Below are positions 22,141-29,000 of a stretch of DNA of 29,000 nt, piece after piece (within the stretch, counting starts at the first letter, position 1; each line of letters begins with the position of its first letter). Source of the stretch: Takakia lepidozioides (lineage: Eukaryota; Plantae; Bryophyta). A program made the translations under genes and the position numbers. Under the pieces are notes generated by a model. That model had not been told where the DNA came from. It worked only from the letters and a program-made list of their open reading frames with translations, and made no database searches. The stretch lies in contig JAKLZA010000290.1 in assembly GCA_030704615.1 (NCBI GenBank), forward strand, positions 1 through 29,000. Reading direction: 5' to 3'.

Positions 22141-25100
22141 ACGTTTTGTTTGCCCACCCGGTCATATATACTGGGCCTAGCGACAAGTGTTCCATACTCC
22201 GTTCGTAACACTGGTGCAGCCCGTGACTGCTCTTGCGGTTCAACATGCAAATCATGCTGCAGGGGTTTGTCATGGATACCACTGTACCCCTTCAACTTAT
22301 TTGCATTGACTCTTCCCAGCATTTCTTTGTTAATGGTTTGTAACATGGCTGTGTTGTTATCATACATCTTTTGTATGACATAAGGTCCTTTCCATGGTGA
22401 TTTAAGCTTAGAAGCTTGAATCTTTCCTTTCTTCTGCAACCATAGAACCAAATCCCCCGTCTTAAAAGTCTTTAACTTGCCTTCATCAAACTGTTCCTTT
22501 CGCTTCATCTGAATTCTGGTCATATTATCAGCTGCATCAGCACGTACTTCTTCCACATGGTATAATTCATGTTTCCTGACCTTGATGGAGTCTTGCAATT
22601 CCATTCTTTTTCCCCACTCCGTTCTCATGGTAGGTAACAGGAATTCCACTGGAAGTAAGGCTTCCATACCATAAACTAATTGGAATGGTGTATACTTAGT
22701 GGTGACTTTATATGAAGTCCTGTATGACCACAAAGCTGTCAGCAGCTTTGTATCCCAATCCGTTCTGTTTGCATTGACTATCTTAGCCAAGATAGTACAT
22801 AGTATTTTGTTGGTAGCCTCTGCCTGTCCATTACCCTGTGGGTAATATGTTGTACTCTTTCTATGCACAATCATAAACTCTTTAGTCAATAACTCAATGG
22901 TCTCATTCATGAAGTGACTTCCTTGATCACTGATAAATTCTAAGGGACATCCAAATCGTGTAAGTATGTTCTCGTACAGGAACCTTGCTGTGGACTTGGC
23001 TGTGTTGTCCCTCAAAGCTTTAGCTTCCACCCACTTTGTAGTATAATCAGTGGCTGTAATTATGTACCTGTTTCGTGTATTTTGGATGGTGGATTAATTG
23101 GTCCAACAAAGTCTAGTCCCCATTTCTGAAATGGTTCCGTAGGCATTGTAGGATGCAAGGCCATTCTTCCAGATCTCTGCAAAGGTCCTAGCCTCTGACA
23201 TTCATCACACTTCTGACAATACTCATGTACATCTTTGAACAAAGTAGGCCACCAGTATCCTGCGAGTAGTATCTTTCTACTGGTAGTCTCTTCTCCAAAA
23301 TGACCTCCAGCCACTCCTTTATGAACTTCCTCCAAGACTTTATTTACTTCATGGTGGTACAAGCATCGTTTTAGTACTCCATCAGGTCCTAACTTATACA
23401 TTCTGCTTCCTACCATAGTATAAGGTAAAGCTTTGATAGCAATTCTCTTCCTCTGCTCCTTACCATAACTAGGTGGGCACTGACCATGAGCAAGGTAGTA
23501 TCTGATTGGCCACTGCCAATCTAACCATTCATCTGCACTTCCTTGCACCTCCATTACAAATAAACTCGCATCAGGTAACTGATCGTCCACTCCTGTGGCG
23601 GCCTCTCCTGTTGTTAGTCGTGACAAATGATCTGCCACAAGATGCAAACGGCCAGGCTTGTAAATAACCTCGAACTCAAACTCATGCAAGATTATTAAAC
23701 ACCTCGCTATCCTTCCACTTATCAAAGGTTTGTTCACCAGATATATCAGAGCCTGGTGATCCACATAAAACATAAACTTTCTTCCCAATAGGTAATGCCT
23801 GAATTTCTTCACTGCATAGATCATTGCCAATGCTTCTCTTTCCGTTGTGCTATAGTTCCTCTCAGCACTGTTCATCAACCGGCTAGCATAGTACACAGGT
23901 GAATCTATATTCCCTGTAACATTCTGGGCTAACACCGCTCCCAACGCTTCTCCTGATGCATCGCAGTGAACATGAAATACTACATGCCAGTGAGGGTTAA
24001 TCAGCACAGGTGTAGTTTGTTACTGACAGTGTAAGTTCCTCAAACGCCTGTTGACATTCAGCTGTCCATGCAAACACTGCATCTTTCTTCAGAAGCTTGC
24101 TCAATGGTGCTGCTATTTGTGCATACCTTTTGACAAATCTTCTGTAATAACTGGTTTGCCCAAGGAATCTCCTTAAACTCTTAACATTCACTGGTGGTGG
24201 AGAGCTTTAATGGACTCTGTCTTCCTGGGATCCACAAGAAGTCCCTTCTTACACACAATGTGTCCCAGAAGCACCCCTGAGTTCACACAGAAAGTACACT
24301 TCTCTGGATTCAAGCCCAGACCTCTCATCCTGCATCTGGCCAGGCATAACTCCAATTTATGCAAGTGCTCACTTAGAGCTGTACACACTGAAATCATCCA
24401 AGAACACCTGCATGAAATCATCCAGATACTCATGAAAAGATTCACTTATCACTCTCTGAAAGGTCGCTGGTGCATTACAAAGTCCAAAGGGCATGACTTT
24501 GTATGCATAAGCCCCCCAGTCTGTGATGAAAGCTGTTTTCCCTTGGTCTTCTTCTGCCACTTGCACTTGATTATAACCACTGAAGCCATCCATGAATGAG
24601 TACATCTCATGGCCTGCCACAGTGTCTAATACTGCTTCTGTGAATGGCAAAGGGAAAGGATCTTTCTTCGTACAAGCATTCAGCTTCTTATAGTTCACAC
24701 ATACTCTTAGTTTGCCATTCTTCTGGGAACTATAACAATGGGTGACAACCAAGTTATACTCTATTGGGTATATAAACTTAGCCTCAGCCAACTTCTTTAT
24801 CTCTTCTCCAACCTTCTGTGCGTAGTTGGGATTCATTCTATACCTCGCCTGCTTGATTGGTACTGACCCTGGTTCCAGTTCAATTTATGCTGACAGACTT
24901 CAGGTGGTATCCCTTTTAGATCCTCATAGCTCCAAGCAATACATCTCTGTATTTGATGAACAAGCTTTTAGCTTCTTCGAAGAATTCCGGCTCCAAATCA
25001 GCTCCTACTTTCACCATCCTCGGTTCCTCCTGAGTTCCCACATTTACTTCTCTCACCTGCTCATCAGCTGTGATTGTCCAACCAGTCACCACTTCATCCT

Positions 25101-25800
25101 GTAAGCTCACAGTGGCTGGTTCTTCTAGGATTTCTATTTCTCCTTCTCTTTCTTCATAGAATGTGATGGGTAAATGCTGGTTTCTCTTCAGTTGGTGTTG
25201 CTGTCACTACACCACAGCAGATACCTCTCAAACAACTTAGGCTTTCCAGCCGCATCTCTGCAACCTGCTCCCACTCTGGGTGTGCAGCAAATAGGGTAGC
25301 TTCCTGCTCCTCATCCAGTCCTCCCCTCCAGTCATACTCTCTGACTCCTCGAGGTCTTCTTGTAGCAGGTAATCTACTAGATTTCTTTGTGGTAATTTGT
25401 ATCTCGTGCATCCCATTATGCACAGTTAGTAACTGAGAATTCCAGTCATGGAATACCCTGGCCTGTTTCAGCCACGGACGTCCCAATAATAAGGAGTAAG
25501 CCTCCATGACTTCATCCATTTTAATACAGTTACTGTGATCATAAAGATCATTTTCTGTATCTGTATCTTAACTCCTCTTATTAATCCCAATGGCTGTACA
25601 CTTCTTTGATCTGCCATTGTTACTGTAAATGGGGCTGGTTTCATGTTACTTAGACCAAGCTTCTTCCTTAATTGGTCTGTCATGATATTTACTCCAGAAC
25701 CACCATCTATCAGTACATCAGTTAGTTCTGTGCTTCCAATTCTCAATTGGATTACTGGCATAGAATCATCAAAGTCCATGACTGGTTCTCGCCCTTCCGG
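21963..25800 (-). CDS. pol: pol: aspartic protease, reverse transcriptase, RNase H, integrase (frameshifted)
   Basis: [11 protein letters not shown] / [94 protein letters not shown]. Confidence 0.95.
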
Positions 25801-25949
25801 CTTCACATTATAACTGGTCACCTTGCTGTTCAGGTCTGTGTTTCCTGTCTCTTGGGCAATTCGATTGATTGCCTGATACAGCCTGTGCCTACAATAAGGT
25901 GCCACAGCTAATAGCTGTCCAATGGTAATTTCTGCTTTGGTCTGACATA

Positions 25950-27500
25950 TTACTTCAGCCAAAGTCTCTTCATTACTTTGCATGTCTGCATCTTCTTTTT
26001 TCCTTTCTTCCTCACTCCCTCTTTTTCTCCATCCGAATCAGAGGAATCTGCCACAGGAATATCAGTACTCTTTTGCATTTCCCTTATAGTATCTGCCACT
26101 TCCTTGTGCAGTTCCTTCTCATCTTTCCAAGTCTCTTCATCTTCAGGCATATCATTGCCACTTCCAGTCTCATCTTCTTCCTCTTCTACTGGAGGTATTA
26201 GTTTGGCTTTACTTCTTGTTACTATCATTGTACTTACTTCTGGTAACACACATGGCCTAACCATGTGAGCTGCCACCACTGGGCCCTCATTCACAGGAGC
26301 TCTCATCTCATTCTGGTGTCTTATCCAGAATGAACAGGCTGCCTTGCGATGTCCTGGCTGATTACAATAGTAACATAGCTCTTCACCATTGGGTCCTCGC
26401 CCTTGGTCTGTTCTTGGATTATTTCTATAATCCTGATTCCCGGGCTGGTAATTCCCCCTTGGATTACCCTGATAGTTGCCTCTGGAATTTCCTTGGTAAT
26501 TCCCTCTTGAATTACCTCTCCCTTCCATGCCATTGTTATAACCACCAGACCTACCATAGTGGTCCTGATCATTGTTTCTTCTTGGCTGGGGCTGCACCTG
26601 ATGCACCCTTACTTGCCTAGGTTCTCTTGCAGCTGTCCTTCTGTTGTAGTAACAATTCTCAGTAGAATGGTTATCCATTTTACAGATAGTACAGTGTTTC
26701 TCCTTCATGTGGCATTCTGGTGGTATGGCCTTCATTCTGGCACTTTGCACACCATACACCCTTCCTCCAATGTGTTGCAGCCTCTGTGGCATACTTCTTC
26801 AAGATTTCTTCCAATCTTTTTCATAGTTATCCCTCTTCAACTTTTCCTTTCTCTTACTCTTTCTTTTTAGTTCTTGCTCTTCTTCTTCATCTGACTCATC
26901 TTCAGAGTCCTCATCTTCCTTTTTTCTCTCTCCTGAGCATTCCCAATTGCTCAATTCTGTTTGCAGTTTCAAATGCCTCCTCCACTGTATTATGGGTAAC
27001 ATATCCACTTTCTTTGCAACTCTGGTCTTAGTCCACTCACAAACCAAGTCTTCTGTAAACCGGGTGCTGGTACTGCAGCCAGCTTTTTCATCATCAATTC
27101 CATCTTCTCCATATACTCTTCAACAGTTTCATGCTTCTTCTGCTTCAGCTGTTGTAAACTTCCATACACTTCATCCTCAGTTTTACTTGTCCTGAACCTA
27201 TTTCGAAATGCTGTATTCAAGCCATTCCAGGTTAGGAAATGATTATCAGGGAATCTTGCATACCATTCACTTGCTTTCTTGATAAGTGAACAAGGAAACA
27301 GTCTCATCTTGGCATCATCGCCATTCTCATTGTTCACTATACACATGTGCTCAAATTGGCTAATGTGTACATCGGGATCCCCTTTTCCTGAATATATTGG
27401 AAAGGGTGGTTTGCCGTTGGTTGTAACGCCATCTGTGGCCTACCTTCTGCCACTGACAGGTGCTGGCACCCTTGCTGGTGCTGGTCCTTCTGGACCTGTT
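25950..27500 (-). CDS. gag: gag: capsid plus CCHC zinc knuckles (frameshifted; 5' extent uncertain)
   Basis: FPIYSGKGDPDVH...RLFPCSLIKKASEWY...LKQKKHETVEEY...FVSGLRP. Knuckles CTICKMDNHSTENC and CYYCNQPGHRKAAC, plus a frameshifted CAKCQNEGH. Confidence 0.9.
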
Positions 27501-28825
27501 GTTTTTTGTGGTGGATCTTCCACCTGGCCCTGAGCACTCCCTGCTTGGCCCCACGATATTCACAGTATTCCCAGCTTCAGTTGCACTACTTCCCACACTC
27601 CCTGTCCCCCCAGAGATCCAGGCAGCCGCCTGATCCCCCTGAGCCGACACCTTCGTTGGCCTGTGTGCTCCACTTGATCCAGGTCCAACGGGTTGGGATG
27701 TCCTGGTTGTAGTCTCAACCTCAGCTGTTGGGTCTACTTCTTCATATTCTTCCTCTTCCAATTCTTCTCTCTGTTTTCATCCTCCAAGTTCTGCCTTGGG
27801 TTTCTTCTTCACTCATGTAACTCAACTGTAATGGTGTTGGAGAGTCTGAACTCTCCGTTGGCTCTGCCACATCCTCATCTCCTTCTTCATCTTCTGCTTC
27901 AGAAACTGGAGTTCCTGCTTTTGGTGTTCCATGCCAACTCTTATCAAAGATTTCTGTCAAGTCTTTTATCCAAGGATGTACCTCAGATCTTTCACCTCGT
28001 GATTGATCTTCTTCCTGTACCAATTTCCCTTAATCTTTCTTGCAAAGAAACAGAAGGAGTGGCATCCAACTCTAGTTCTTCCGGTATAGGTGATGCACTT
28101 TTTGATCTTGATGGTGTGAGAGGTCCAGATGATTCCCCTATGTCTATTCCTCTCTCCAAAGATATGGATAATTAGCTTTCAGATAGCTTTCTCTTTTTTG
28201 ATGAATATCTTTGTCGTCTAGCTTTCTCTTTCATCACTCATGTCCATGTCTTTCATTTCTTTTAATGTGGCAATAACCAAAACTCTCTTCTGTAATATCT
28301 CTCGTATATGCCTGGATTTCTTTCAAGCTTCAATGCACCCTTGGCTATACTTGAAGTCTCCGTTACCATATAACCATATGGCAAACAAGTCTGAAAAGCT
28401 GTTCTTGGTGTGAGTTTGATCCACAAAATATCCTTTGGAAATCCAATTCTTTACCAGTACAAGCTTCATGCATATGAGTATAAACATTCACCTTTCTTTC
28501 TTCCCAGCTTCAAACTACCGTTTAATGGATAGCAACGCTATCACATAAACTAATGTTGGTAACCAACGTGCTCTTCCTCTACAGGCTACCTGATAAATCT
28601 TTATCACTCCTTTCTCCAGACCCCATTCTGGATCAGCATCATGCACTCGTTTAAGAATATTTTCTTTACATCCGTCTGGCAATTCCAAGAACCTTTGAAA
28701 GAATTGTTTGGACAATCTTTCTTCCTTCGTTCCACAGGGAATTTGATTCACTTCAAACTCTTTAATGGTCCAACCACCATGATCCCACCAGATGCCTGTC
28801 ACATCTGGTTGTTCATGTCCCAGGT

Positions 28826-28843
28826 TTCCCAGTATGGTCGCCA
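28826..28843 (-). other. Primer binding site, tRNA-Arg-like
   Basis: Minus strand TGGCGACCATACTGGGAA, 2 nt after the 5' LTR end. tRNA identity from recall. Confidence 0.8.
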
Positions 28844-28845
28844 AA

Positions 28846-29000
28846 TGTCGCGCGGCTTTTACTCACCCATCCCTTCGCTATCCGAGGCGGAAACTCCAAG
28901 ATAGAAGAGTTGGAAATCTCTAAGTACTCAGCCCGCGCAGAACAATCAGTCATGACCTACAGCTAGTGTATCATGGGGGTGTTTCCTATTTGTTTCCTTT
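28846..29000 (-). repeat. 5' LTR (partial, continues beyond window)
   Basis: 155/155 identical by eye to 16678-16832. Confidence 0.95.

Larger units (their letters stand above)
16678..29000 (-). mobile_element. Ty3/gypsy LTR retrotransposon, non-chromovirus type, nearly full length (5' LTR runs off window)
   Basis: Two LTR copies, PBS, PPT, gag-PR-RT-RH-INT order, no chromodomain, no additional RNase H, extra 3' ORF. Confidence 0.95.

Overview
Eukaryotic, most likely plant, transposon-dense window with no host genes; spliceosomal GT-AG introns and Ty3/gypsy elements suggest a non-seed plant, though the organism is an inference. 123-15366 is a ~15.2-kb TIR DNA transposon of the Mutator (MULE) type. 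It carries (i) a minus-strand transposase with GCM-like zinc DNA-binding domain, DDE core and SWIM finger; (ii) a divergent, intron-containing gene fusing a ParB/Srx-like domain (DGNHRLLA) to a beta-class N4C/N6A DNA-methyltransferase-like domain; (iii) two divergent paralogous ~190-aa orphan genes; and (iv) about 40 copies of a 20-bp palindrome, GAAATGCGGNNCCGCATTTC. The palindromes lie in two helically phased arrays and in single copies inside introns. The rest is nested LTR retrotransposons: an RT fragment, interrupted by a tRNA-Met-primed element (LTR, PBS, gag), itself interrupted by a young ~13-kb minus-strand non-chromovirus gypsy element (gag-pol plus a long extra 3' ORF). Almost all ORFs carry 1-bp frameshifts that may be assembly errors. 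The best candidate for a new system is the transposon-borne ParB-MTase plus phased palindrome arrays.
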